A stretch of 16,656 nucleotides of DNA from Candidatus Eiseniibacteriota bacterium (GCA_031370645.1 JANMQV010000190.1:1-16656), one strand, 5' to 3'. Positions 1-7,992 are shown, counted from the stretch's first letter. Numbers and translations are program-made. Notes: generated from the letters alone by a model not told the origin.

Positions 1-465
1 GGCGGCGGGCACGTGCTTCATGTCGTCTGCGATCTCACGATCGCGGCCGACAACGCGCGCTTCGGCCAGACTGGCCCGAAGGTGGGGTCGTTCGACGGCG
101 GATTCGGCTCCTCCTATCTTGCGCGAATCGTCGGGCAGAAGAAGGCCCGGGAAATCTGGTTCCTCTGCCGGCAGTACGACGCCAACCAGGCGCTCGATAT
201 GGGACTCGTCAACACGGTGGTTCCGCTCGAACGGCTCGAGGAGGAGACCGTCGCCTGGTGCCGGGAGATGCTCGCCATGAGCCCGCTCGCGCTCCGCGTT
301 CTCAAGGCCGCGCTGAACGCCGATTGCGACGGACAGACGGGCCTTCAAGAATTGGCGGGGAACGCCACGCTCCTCTACTACATGTCCGCGGAGGCGCAGG
401 AGGGGCGCGACGCCTATGTGGAGCGGCGGAAGCCCGACTTCTCCAAATTCCCCCGCCTCCCCTAG
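1..465 (+). CDS. menB: 1,4-dihydroxy-2-naphthoyl-CoA synthase (5'-truncated by window edge)
   Basis: Frame is open from base 1 ([59 protein letters not shown]...[19 protein letters not shown]), the highly conserved MenB crotonase sequence. Stop TAG at 463-465. Confidence 0.97.
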   Translation, partial: GGGHVLHVVCDLTIAADNARFGQTGPKVGSFDGGFGSSYLARIVGQKKAREIWFLCRQYDANQALDMGLVNTVVPLERLEEETVAWCREMLAMSPLALRVLKAALNADCDGQTGLQELAGNATLLYYMSAEAQEGRDAYVERRKPDFSKFPRLP

Positions 466-466
466 C

Positions 467-1381
467 GTGACTTCGATTTCCGCGCGACCGTCAGCGCTTC
501 GCGTCTGGCTGGCGGCGCTTCGTCTCCCGACGCTCGTCGCAGCGCTCGTGCCGGTGGCCGTCGGAAGCGCCCTCGCCTACCGCGACTATCGCTTCCGTCT
601 CGGCCCCGCCGTCGCCGCACTCCTCGGCGCGCTCGCCATCCAAGTCGGAACGAACTTCGCGAACGATCTTTACGATTTCCGAAAGGGAGCCGATTCCCCG
701 GAGCGCCTCGGCCCTCCGCGCGTCCTTCCGCTCGGCTGGCTCTCGCCCGTCACGGTGAGCCGCGCCATGATCGCCGCCTTCTCGACCGCCACGCTCGCGG
801 GAATCTATCTCGTCTCGGCCGCGGGCTGGCCCGTCGTTGCGATCGGGCTCGCATCCATCGCGGCCGGCGTCGGCTACACGAAAGGGCGCTTCGCGCTCGC
901 CTATCGAGGGCTCGGCGATCTCGCGGTCTTCGTCTTCTTCGGCCTGGTCGCCGTCGCCGGCACCTACTACGTGCAGGCACGGCTCGTCACGCCGCTCTCG
1001 TTTCTCGTCGCCATTCCGGTGGGAAGTCTCTGCACCGCGATCCTCGTGGTGAACAACGTGCGCGACCTCGACACCGATCGCGCCGCCGGAAAACTGACGC
1101 TCGCCGTCCGCCTGGGGCGAAGCGGAACGCGGATCGAGTACGGAACGCTCCTCGCGCTCGCCTTCGCCGTGCCGCTCGCGCTCTGGCTTCGCGGTTCGCT
1201 CTCCGTCGCGACACTTCTTCCCTACGCCACAGCCTCGCTGGCGTGGCGAACTCTCGGAACGGTCCTGAAGCACGAGGACGGCCCCGCTCTGAACGGCGCG
1301 CTCCTTGACACCGCTCGTCTCCACGGCCTTTTCGGTCTCCTTTTCGCCGCCGGCGTTGCCGTCTCCGGCCCGGGCCGGTAG
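467..1381 (+). CDS. menA: 1,4-dihydroxy-2-naphthoate polyprenyltransferase (UbiA family)
   Basis: WLAALRLPTL, NFANDLYDFRKGAD and NNVRDLDTDRAAGKLTLAVRLG aspartate-rich motifs, with many TM segments. GTG start at 467 lies 1 nt after the menB stop and is preferred to the ORF-track start at 416. Confidence 0.93.
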   Translation: MTSISARPSALRVWLAALRLPTLVAALVPVAVGSALAYRDYRFRLGPAVAALLGALAIQVGTNFANDLYDFRKGADSPERLGPPRVLPLGWLSPVTVSRAMIAAFSTATLAGIYLVSAAGWPVVAIGLASIAAGVGYTKGRFALAYRGLGDLAVFVFFGLVAVAGTYYVQARLVTPLSFLVAIPVGSLCTAILVVNNVRDLDTDRAAGKLTLAVRLGRSGTRIEYGTLLALAFAVPLALWLRGSLSVATLLPYATASLAWRTLGTVLKHEDGPALNGALLDTARLHGLFGLLFAAGVAVSGPGR

Positions 1382-1383
1382 CG

Positions 1384-2514
1384 ATGGGCACCGGGGCGCT
1401 CGCGCGGCTTCGACTCGGAGGTTACCGATTCGCGTTCCGCGCCCCCTGGCCCTCCGTCGAGGGGCCGCAAGAGGTGCGCGAGGGGATCTGGCTCGCGTTG
1501 GAGGACGACGAAGGGCGGATCGGTGTCGGGGAGAGCGCGCCATTCCCCGGCTTCGGAATGGAAACGCTCGCCTCGAGCCTCTCGGCGCTCCGGCTCGCGG
1601 CGCGATTCGTCCCCGGGCTACCGCCCGAGCACTTCCTCGCCGCCGCGGAGGATTTGCCGCGATTGGCGCCGGTCGTCGCGTCGCCCGGCGCGCGCGCGGC
1701 GCTCGACTTCGCGCTTCATGATCTCGCCGCCCAACGCGCGGGGGTGCCGCTCGCCGCGCTCCTCGGCGGTGCCGCCGCGGTCACGACGGTGCACGCGAAC
1801 GCGGCGATTCCGCGGCTCGCCGTACCAGAGGCCGCTGCCGCCGCTTGCGCCGCCGTCGCGGCGGGAGCGCGCTGCGTGAAGCTCAAGGTGGGTCGCAGGC
1901 CTTTGGCGGAGGATGTGGCACTGGTTCGCGCGGTTCGCGAGGCGATCGGCCCCGCGGTCCGGCTTCGTATCGACGCGAATCAAGCCTGGAGCGAGACCGA
2001 GGCGATCGAAGCCCTCCGCGCGCTCGCACCGTTCGATCTCGAGTACGCCGAGCAGCCCGTGGCGGCCGGTGCGGTCGGCACGCTCGCTCGCGTGCGCGCG
2101 GAGTGCGGGGTGCCGATCGCCGCCGACGAGGCGCTGACCGACTTGCGATCCGCGCGGCGGCTCATCGCGGCGCGGGCGGCCGACGTCTTCATCGTGAAGC
2201 CGATGGCGCTCGGCGGCATCGCTTCTTCACGCGCGGTTATCGAGATCGCGGCCGGCGCCGGCATCCGCGTGACCGTGACGTCGCTCGTCGAGAGCGCCGT
2301 GGGACGAACGGCGGCGCTCCACCTCGCCGCCTCGCTTGGCGGCGAGAGCGATCACGGGCTTGCCACGGGGAGCGCCCTGACCGAGGATCTCCTCCCTGGA
2401 ATCGCCGACCGGCCGGGAGAACTCCTCGTTTCCGCCGAAAGCGGACTGGGCGAGGCGCTCCGCCTGGCGGTCGTCTCCCGGACCGAACCCTACTCCGTCG
2501 AGGAATCCGTATGA
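1384..2514 (+). CDS. menC: o-succinylbenzoate synthase (enolase/MLE superfamily)
   Basis: GESAPFPGFGME capping-domain motif, KLKVG (KxK), IDANQAW, YAEQP, IAADE metal ligands and VKP lysine. Lies between menA and menE. Confidence 0.88.
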   Translation: MGTGALARLRLGGYRFAFRAPWPSVEGPQEVREGIWLALEDDEGRIGVGESAPFPGFGMETLASSLSALRLAARFVPGLPPEHFLAAAEDLPRLAPVVASPGARAALDFALHDLAAQRAGVPLAALLGGAAAVTTVHANAAIPRLAVPEAAAAACAAVAAGARCVKLKVGRRPLAEDVALVRAVREAIGPAVRLRIDANQAWSETEAIEALRALAPFDLEYAEQPVAAGAVGTLARVRAECGVPIAADEALTDLRSARRLIAARAADVFIVKPMALGGIASSRAVIEIAAGAGIRVTVTSLVESAVGRTAALHLAASLGGESDHGLATGSALTEDLLPGIADRPGELLVSAESGLGEALRLAVVSRTEPYSVEESV

Positions 2515-3974
2515 ACGTCTCGCACGATCCCGTCCGCTTCTGGGGCGCGCTCCAGCCGGGACGCCTCGCGCTGAAGAGCGAGCGGCACGAGTGGACCTAC
2601 GCGGAGTTGGAAGCCGCCGTCGCCGCCACGACCGAAGCGCTGGTCGCGCGCGGCCTCGGGATGGGCGAACATTTGGCGCTCGAGTTCCCCGCCGAGGAAG
2701 GCGCGCTACTCACCGTGACATTCCACGCCGCGCATCGTCTCGGCCTGCTCCCGGTGCTCATCCCGGCGAACGCCACCGCGGCAGAGCGCGAATTGCTCCA
2801 CGCGAAAGCACAGACCGATTTCGTACTCACCGCGGAGGGGATTGCCGCTCCCGCCGCCGCCGCGGCTGCTGGGCCACTCGTGCCGGAAGCCGAACCGCCG
2901 CTTCGCCGCCTCGACACACCGGCCGCCGTCGTCTTCACCTCCGGCACCGCGGCCTCCCCGCGCGCGGTCGTCTTGACCCACGGCAACTTCCTCTGGAGCG
3001 CGGTCGCCTCCGGGCGAAATCTCGGCGTGCACCCGGGCGATCGCTGGCTCTGCTGTCTGCCGCTCCACCATGTCGGCGGGCTTTCGATCGTGACGCGCTC
3101 CGCCGCCTACGGAACCGCGGTCGTGCTCCACGCGAAGTTCGACGCCGACGCGGTAAACCACGCGATCGACCACGACGACATCACGCTTCTCTCGCTCGTC
3201 CCGACGATGCTCGCCAGACTTTTGAAGGCGCGCGGCGGCCGGCTCTTCCCCGCGCGGCTTCGCGCGGCGCTCATCGGGGGCGGGCCAATCGACGCGGCGC
3301 TCCTCGATGAGGCGGCGTCCCTTCGCCTCACGGCCCTCCCTACGTACGGACTCACGGAGGCGACGTCGCAGGTCACCACGCTCTCGCGGCGCGATTGGCC
3401 GGTGGGGCTCGCGACCGCGGGGCGCCCGCTCCCTTACACGCATGTCGAAATCCGAAACGAGGCCGGCGAGCCGAAGCGCGAGGGAGAGGAGGGGGAAATC
3501 GTGGTCCGCGGCCCGACCGTCATGGCGGGATACCTCGGTGAGCCCGACGCCACCGACACCACGCTCCGGGGACGCTGGCTCCGGACCGGCGACATGGGGA
3601 CGTGGGACGCGGCGGGACGCCTGATCGTTCTCGACCGCCGCGCCGACCGAATTGTCACGGGCGGCGAAAACGTCTCTCCCGCCGAGGTGGAGAGGGCGAT
3701 CGCCGCTCATCCCTCGATCGACGACGTCTGCGTCGTGGGGCTTCCGTCGACGGAGTGGGGGCAGGAAGTGGCGGCGGTGGTTTCGCTCAAGCCTGGGAAG
3801 GCGATCACGCTGGAGGGACTTCGCGATCACGTCGCGGCGACGCTCGCGTCCTTCAAGTTGCCGCGACACGTCATGGTCGGATCCGCCGTGCCGCGAAGCG
3901 CCGGCGGAAAACTGCTACGACGCGTCGCGCGCGACCGGTTCCTCGACGAGGTGGCGAAGCAGAAACATCCGTAG
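2511..3974 (+). CDS. menE: o-succinylbenzoate-CoA ligase (ANL adenylate-forming family)
   Basis: ATG at 2511 overlaps the menC stop (ATGA). Motifs FTSGT, WLCCLPLHHVGGLSI, SLVPTML, LIGGG, TYGLTEATSQV, TGDMG, GGENVSPAEVE and C-terminal GKLLRR. Confidence 0.92.
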   Translation: MNVSHDPVRFWGALQPGRLALKSERHEWTYAELEAAVAATTEALVARGLGMGEHLALEFPAEEGALLTVTFHAAHRLGLLPVLIPANATAAERELLHAKAQTDFVLTAEGIAAPAAAAAAGPLVPEAEPPLRRLDTPAAVVFTSGTAASPRAVVLTHGNFLWSAVASGRNLGVHPGDRWLCCLPLHHVGGLSIVTRSAAYGTAVVLHAKFDADAVNHAIDHDDITLLSLVPTMLARLLKARGGRLFPARLRAALIGGGPIDAALLDEAASLRLTALPTYGLTEATSQVTTLSRRDWPVGLATAGRPLPYTHVEIRNEAGEPKREGEEGEIVVRGPTVMAGYLGEPDATDTTLRGRWLRTGDMGTWDAAGRLIVLDRRADRIVTGGENVSPAEVERAIAAHPSIDDVCVVGLPSTEWGQEVAAVVSLKPGKAITLEGLRDHVAATLASFKLPRHVMVGSAVPRSAGGKLLRRVARDRFLDEVAKQKHP

Positions 3975-4364
3975 ATCTTCGGGGATGGAGGTCGGCTTGA
4001 GACGCCCCTCCCCGGCCCGCAGCGCGAAGGCATGCACCGTGCGCGCCACGACTCGCCGATCGGACTCGCCTCCGCCTCCCGTCACCGCGTAGCGAAGTTC
4101 GAACGAGGCCTTCCCCACCTTCACGACCTCGATCGCCACCGTGATCGTATCGCCGTGCCGGATCGGTACCTTGTAGTCGGCTTCGCTGTGCACGATCGGC
4201 ACGACCCACGGAGCGCCCGTGAAGAAGTAGGCGCGATCGACGCCCCCCGAGACCCAGAACTCCTCGTAGGCGAGGTGTAGGTAGTCGTAGATCCGCCCGA
4301 AGAAGAGCACGCCCGCACCGTCGACGTCCTGGAAGCGAACCGGCGTCGTGAAGGTGAAGCTCAT
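3915..4364 (-). CDS. hotdog-fold acyl-CoA thioesterase (4HBT/YbgC class), probable 1,4-dihydroxy-2-naphthoyl-CoA hydrolase
   Basis: MSFTFTTPVRFQDVDGAGVLFFGRIYDYLHLAYEEFW...PIVHSEADYKVPIRHGD matches 4HBT-I thioesterases (DxDxxGV). ATG overlaps the menG stop (ATGA at 4361-4364). Men gene context suggests the substrate. Confidence 0.85.
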   Translation of the reverse strand: MSFTFTTPVRFQDVDGAGVLFFGRIYDYLHLAYEEFWVSGGVDRAYFFTGAPWVVPIVHSEADYKVPIRHGDTITVAIEVVKVGKASFELRYAVTGGGGESDRRVVARTVHAFALRAGEGRLKPTSIPEDLRMFLLRHLVEEPVARDAS

Positions 4365-5059
4365 GGTCCCGCCACCGTGCCGACGTAGACGAACGCGACG
4401 CCGCCGGTGAGCGAATGGAGGCGCACATCGGAGAAGGCGCGCGTCTCGAGCATCAGAGCGGTGAACGCTTCGCCCGCCGGGAATTGCGACGACGTGCGAT
4501 CGAGGTACTCGTAGGCGGCGCGGTCCCCCGTCAGCCATCCGCCGAGACGAGGGAGGATCCGATGGGAGTAGAGTCGATAGAGCGGGCCGAAAAGCGCACC
4601 GCCCGGCTGGCCGAATTCGAGGACCACGACCCGGCCGCCCGGTTTGACGACGCGGGCGAGTTCCCGAACCCCGCGCGCCGGGTCGTCGACGTTACGGATT
4701 CCGAACGCGATCGACGCGACGTCGAACGAATCGCCCGCGTACGGAAGCGCGAGAACGTCGGCCACCTCGAAACGGACCGGAAGGCCCGCCCGCGCGGCCT
4801 TTTCAGGGGCGAAGGCGAGCATCTCCTCGCAAAAATCGGTCCCGATCACTTCTCCGCCCGCGCCGACCGCCCGCCGGAACTCGAGCGCGAGATCGCCGGT
4901 GCCGGTGGCGCAATCGAGGACCCGATCTCCCTCCCTCACCCCGCTTTTCGCGACCGCGACGCGGCGCCAGCGATGGTGGAGGCCGAAGGACAACACTTGA
5001 TTCGCGCGATCATAGCGCTTCGCGATGGAGGCGAACATGGTTCGGACGGTGGCGCTCAT
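4361..5059 (-). CDS. menG: demethylmenaquinone methyltransferase (UbiE/MenG)
   Basis: VRTMFASIAKRYDRANQVLSFGLHHRWRR, SAM motif VLDCATGTGDLA, FGIRNVDD, RVVKPGG, AYEYL. Start at ATG 5059 is supported by a -10 box just upstream. Confidence 0.94.
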   Translation of the reverse strand: MSATVRTMFASIAKRYDRANQVLSFGLHHRWRRVAVAKSGVREGDRVLDCATGTGDLALEFRRAVGAGGEVIGTDFCEEMLAFAPEKAARAGLPVRFEVADVLALPYAGDSFDVASIAFGIRNVDDPARGVRELARVVKPGGRVVVLEFGQPGGALFGPLYRLYSHRILPRLGGWLTGDRAAYEYLDRTSSQFPAGEAFTALMLETRAFSDVRLHSLTGGVAFVYVGTVAGP

Positions 5060-5067
5060 GGCCGACG

Positions 5068-5076
5068 AGCATACCA
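5068..5076 (-). promoter_or_regulatory. extended -10 promoter element for menG-thioesterase (TGG-TATGCT)
   Basis: Minus strand reads TGGTATGCT-cgtcggcc-ATG, i.e. a TGn-extended TANNNT box 8 nt before the start codon. Confidence 0.55.
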
Positions 5077-5092
5077 CGCCCGCGAGCATCGT

Positions 5093-5121
5093 TTGACCGC
5101 CCCGCGGGCAATCGGTAGACT
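5093..5121 (+). promoter_or_regulatory. sigma70-type promoter of ispG (TTGACC-N17-TAGACT)
   Basis: TTGACC at 5093-5098, 17-nt spacer, TAGACT at 5116-5121, then 6 nt and ATG at 5128. Confidence 0.7.
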
Positions 5122-5127
5122 CGACGC

Positions 5128-6387
5128 ATGGCCGTGATTTCCATGTCGTTACAGGAATCGGATGGGCGCCCGCGCCGCCGTTCCACCGCGGTTCGGGTGG
5201 GTGGTGTCGTCGTGGGCGGCGGCCGCCCCATCGTCGTCCAATCGATGACGAACACCGACACGGCCGATGCCCGCTCCACCGCGGATCAGGTGATCGCGCT
5301 CGCGGAAGCCGGCTCGGAACTCGTGCGTGTGACCGTCAACACGCCCGAGGCGGCGGCGGCGGTTCCGGAGGTGAAGGCGCGCCTCCGCGACGCTGGGCTT
5401 TCGACCCCGATCGTCGGCGACTTCCACTTCAGCGGACATCTCCTGCTCCACGACTACCCCGAGTGCGCGAAAGCCCTCGACAAGTACCGCATCAATCCGG
5501 GAAACGTCGGCGCCGGCAAGCGCCACGACGAGCACTTCCGCCGCATCATCGAGGCGGCGGTCGCGAACGCGAAGCCGGTTCGGATCGGCGTGAATTGGGG
5601 TTCGCTCGACCGGGAACTCCTGACTTCCCTGATGGACGAAAACGCGAAACGCCCGAGGCCGCTTCCCGATCGCGAGGTCACGCTCGACGCCATGTTTCAG
5701 AGCGCCATCCGTTCCGCGGCCATGGCCGAGGAGTTCGGACAGCCGCACGACGCCATCGTCCTCTCCGCCAAGGTGTCGGGGGTGCGCGATCTGCTCGACA
5801 TTTACCGGCGCCTCGCGGCCGAAACCGATTACGCGCTCCATCTCGGCCTGACCGAGGCGGGCATGGGGATGAAAGGGCTCGTCGCCTCGACGGCGGGGCT
5901 CTCGACGCTCCTGCTCGAGGGGATCGGCGATACAATTCGCGTGAGCCTGACCCCGACGCCGGGCGGCGATCGGCGCGAAGAGGTCTACGCCTGCCAGCAG
6001 ATACTCCAATCGTGCGAAATTCGCGCGTTTCAGCCTCAAGTCACGTCCTGCCCCGGCTGCGGGCGGACGACTTCGTCCACCTTTCAGGAACTGGCGGAGC
6101 GCGTGAACGGTCACCTGCGCGAGCGGATGCCGGCGTGGCGCAGCCAGTACCCCGGTGTCGAGGAGTTGCGGGTCGCGGTGATGGGTTGCGTGGTGAACGG
6201 GCCCGGCGAATCGCGGCACGCGCACATCGGCATTTCGCTCCCCGGTTCGGGCGAGAATCCGAAGGCGCCCGTCTTCATCGACGGAGAGCTGACGACGACC
6301 CTCCACGGCGCGCGGCTCACCGAGGAGTTCTTGGAACTGGTCGACGGTTACGTGGAGAGTCACTACGGAGCGGGAGCCCGCACCTAA
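5128..6387 (+). CDS. ispG: (E)-4-hydroxy-3-methylbut-2-enyl-diphosphate synthase (GcpE)
   Basis: [67 protein letters not shown] and the [4Fe-4S] ligands CPGCGRT...[10 protein letters not shown]. Confidence 0.98.
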   Translation: MAVISMSLQESDGRPRRRSTAVRVGGVVVGGGRPIVVQSMTNTDTADARSTADQVIALAEAGSELVRVTVNTPEAAAAVPEVKARLRDAGLSTPIVGDFHFSGHLLLHDYPECAKALDKYRINPGNVGAGKRHDEHFRRIIEAAVANAKPVRIGVNWGSLDRELLTSLMDENAKRPRPLPDREVTLDAMFQSAIRSAAMAEEFGQPHDAIVLSAKVSGVRDLLDIYRRLAAETDYALHLGLTEAGMGMKGLVASTAGLSTLLLEGIGDTIRVSLTPTPGGDRREEVYACQQILQSCEIRAFQPQVTSCPGCGRTTSSTFQELAERVNGHLRERMPAWRSQYPGVEELRVAVMGCVVNGPGESRHAHIGISLPGSGENPKAPVFIDGELTTTLHGARLTEEFLELVDGYVESHYGAGART

Positions 6388-6419
6388 GCCGGTGTCCGGC
6401 GGTTCCCGGGCGGGAACCG
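6388..6419. terminator. tandem GC-rich hairpins between convergent genes, possible bidirectional terminator
   Basis: GCCGG-TGT-CCGGC (6388-6400) and CGGTTCCC-GGGC-GGGAACCG (6400-6419) lie directly after the ispG stop. No U-tract. Confidence 0.45.
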
Positions 6420-6433
6420 AGTCGCGCCTCTTC

Positions 6434-7309
6434 CTACCGAATCTTCCTCGCGGTTCCCAACGTCTTCTCTTCGCGATCCCCCGCCCTTCGCCGCGGCGGT
6501 CCCATCCCGCCTTTCCCCGTGATCACCGACCAGGGACGCTGCGCTTCCTGCACCGCGAGCGCGACCGTCACCTGGAACTCGCCGAGTCGATTCATGTCCT
6601 GGAGGTACTCGCGGTAGCGGTGGACGAACCACCAGGCGATGGCGATTTCCAGATAGACGACGCCGAGGAGCGCGAGATGGATACGCGCGAGGACGGTGAT
6701 CGAGACGGAGAGAACGAGGCAGTAGAGCGCTTCCACGATCGCGGGGCCTTGGAACGAGCCCCAGTTCGGCGACGCCGACCCGTGCTCCACGCGAAGCACG
6801 ATGCTACGGAGGAGGAGCATCGTCATGCTGGCCGCGGCCGCGATCGCCACTTCGAGCGCCGCGCGCGGCGCCGGCTGAAGCAGGTAGTCGCTGGGGCGAG
6901 GCGCGAGGTCGAAGACGAGCGAGAAGCCGCCGTAGGCGATCACGGCGAGCGAGAGTTGCGTGAGAAGCCGGTAGCCGCGCGTCCCGGCCACGATCCCGGC
7001 CAGGAGGATCGCATAGACGACGCCGACCACCAGCGCCGCGGGCGGCAGAAGGAACATTCCCGAAAGAAAGAAGGCGGGGCCGAGCGAGTAGGTTCTCCAC
7101 GTCCTCTCTTTCGAGGGGACGAGAATCGGCCAGATGAACAGCGCTGCGGCACTCGTGGCGAAGAGCGACGCGACGAGCCAGACATTCGGCGTGCCGCGAA
7201 ACTCGTGCGCTGCCCGCGCCGCGACGACGAGCGCCATGATCACGAGAACGATACGAGTGGTGGCGAGGCTGGCGTAGCGTCGGATGTTCAGGGTTCGGTT
7301 CACCTCCAC
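6434..7309 (-). CDS. polytopic membrane protein of unknown function (resembles a stand-alone membrane sensor domain)
   Basis: 291-aa ORF with about 7-8 hydrophobic segments followed by a short basic cytoplasmic tail. It fills the gap between ispG and the divergent promoter region. Start (GTG 7309) is uncertain. Confidence 0.8.
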   Translation of the reverse strand: MEVNRTLNIRRYASLATTRIVLVIMALVVAARAAHEFRGTPNVWLVASLFATSAAALFIWPILVPSKERTWRTYSLGPAFFLSGMFLLPPAALVVGVVYAILLAGIVAGTRGYRLLTQLSLAVIAYGGFSLVFDLAPRPSDYLLQPAPRAALEVAIAAAASMTMLLLRSIVLRVEHGSASPNWGSFQGPAIVEALYCLVLSVSITVLARIHLALLGVVYLEIAIAWWFVHRYREYLQDMNRLGEFQVTVALAVQEAQRPWSVITGKGGMGPPRRRAGDREEKTLGTARKIR

Positions 7310-7335
7310 GGGCTGGTCTCGATCCCGTGGGTACT

Positions 7336-7363
7336 TTATCGGCCGAATCGGGTGCGCTCTTTA
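7336..7363 (-). promoter_or_regulatory. sigma28 (FliA/SigD/WhiG)-type promoter, TAAA-N16-GCCGATAA
   Basis: Minus strand reads TAAA (7363-7360)-gagcgcacccgattcg-GCCGATAA (7343-7336). Both boxes match consensus, 26 nt upstream of the 7309 start. Confidence 0.75.
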
Positions 7364-7476
7364 CGCGCTGACCAGTCTGCGTCCCGCCGGTTACGACCCC
7401 GCCGCGGCGTCATGCGCGGGGAGGCGCCGGAGATGGCCCGAACGGGCCAGGCGACGCTCCCGGCGCGAACTATTCC

Positions 7477-7504
7477 TAAACCTTTCGGGCCTTCCGGCCG
7501 ATCT
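7477..7504 (+). promoter_or_regulatory. sigma28 (FliA/SigD/WhiG)-type promoter, TAAA-N16-GCCGATCT
   Basis: TAAA (7477-7480)-cctttcgggccttccg-GCCGATCT (7497-7504), 8 nt before GTG 7513. Confidence 0.65.
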
Positions 7505-7512
7505 CTTGTTGC

Positions 7513-7953
7513 GTGACGCCGGAACGCAAAACCTTTTCCGTGGACCCTTCCACCCTCTCCGAGAACCTGATCGAACGCGTCGAAGCGCTCGAACGGGAAA
7601 ATCGGCGTTGGAAACGCACGGCACTCGCGGCGGCCGCGTTGCTCATTGCGGCGGCGGTCGTCGGCATGAGCGCGCCGCCGACCAAAACGCTCGATTTGGA
7701 ACTCCTCCGCATCGTCGACTCGCATGGAAAGGCGCGCGCCATTCTCGGAATGAGCGAGGAAGGCCCCGCCCTTTCGCTGCTCGACGAAAAGGGGCGGCTA
7801 CGCGCGAATTTGGGCTTGGAGAAGAATGGGCCGTCATTAGACCTGCTCGACACGGCCGAGACGCCGCGCGCGCAGCTGACGGTGGATGGGAAACAGGGTC
7901 CACATCTCGACTTCACCGACGCCAAGGGCGTGCAGGCCTCGATTCGCCCCTAG
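7513..7953 (+). CDS. single-pass membrane protein with N-terminal coiled coil and ~22-aa beta-type repeats, unknown function
   Basis: LIERVEALERENRRWKR, then TM ALAAAALLIAAAVVGM, then four repeats of type GPxLxLxDxxGxxRAxLG. Confidence 0.82.
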   Translation: MTPERKTFSVDPSTLSENLIERVEALERENRRWKRTALAAAALLIAAAVVGMSAPPTKTLDLELLRIVDSHGKARAILGMSEEGPALSLLDEKGRLRANLGLEKNGPSLDLLDTAETPRAQLTVDGKQGPHLDFTDAKGVQASIRP

Positions 7954-7992
7954 CGGTTCCGTGGCGCGCGCGATCACACCCGCGCTCCGCGC

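Noticed and set aside
1845-2510. N-terminal 222-aa extension of the menE ORF (709 aa in the ORF track)
   Set aside because: Arg/Gly-rich out-of-frame read of menC. The real start is ATG 2511, overlapping the menC stop.
1384-2514. Enolase-family gene as dipeptide epimerase or muconate cycloisomerase
   Set aside because: Tight coupling between menA and menE and the GE.AP.PGF..E motif favour MenC.
4365-4538. Longer 207-aa thioesterase ORF
   Set aside because: Overlaps the menG 3' end. The hotdog domain begins at ATG 4364.
5149-6363. 404-aa antisense ORF over ispG, and similar shadows at 491-1543, 2706-3869, 5463-6617, 6392-7516, 7284-8195, 8359-9219 and 15196-15966
   Set aside because: Typical stop-poor shadow frames of GC-rich genes, with biased composition and no recognisable motifs.
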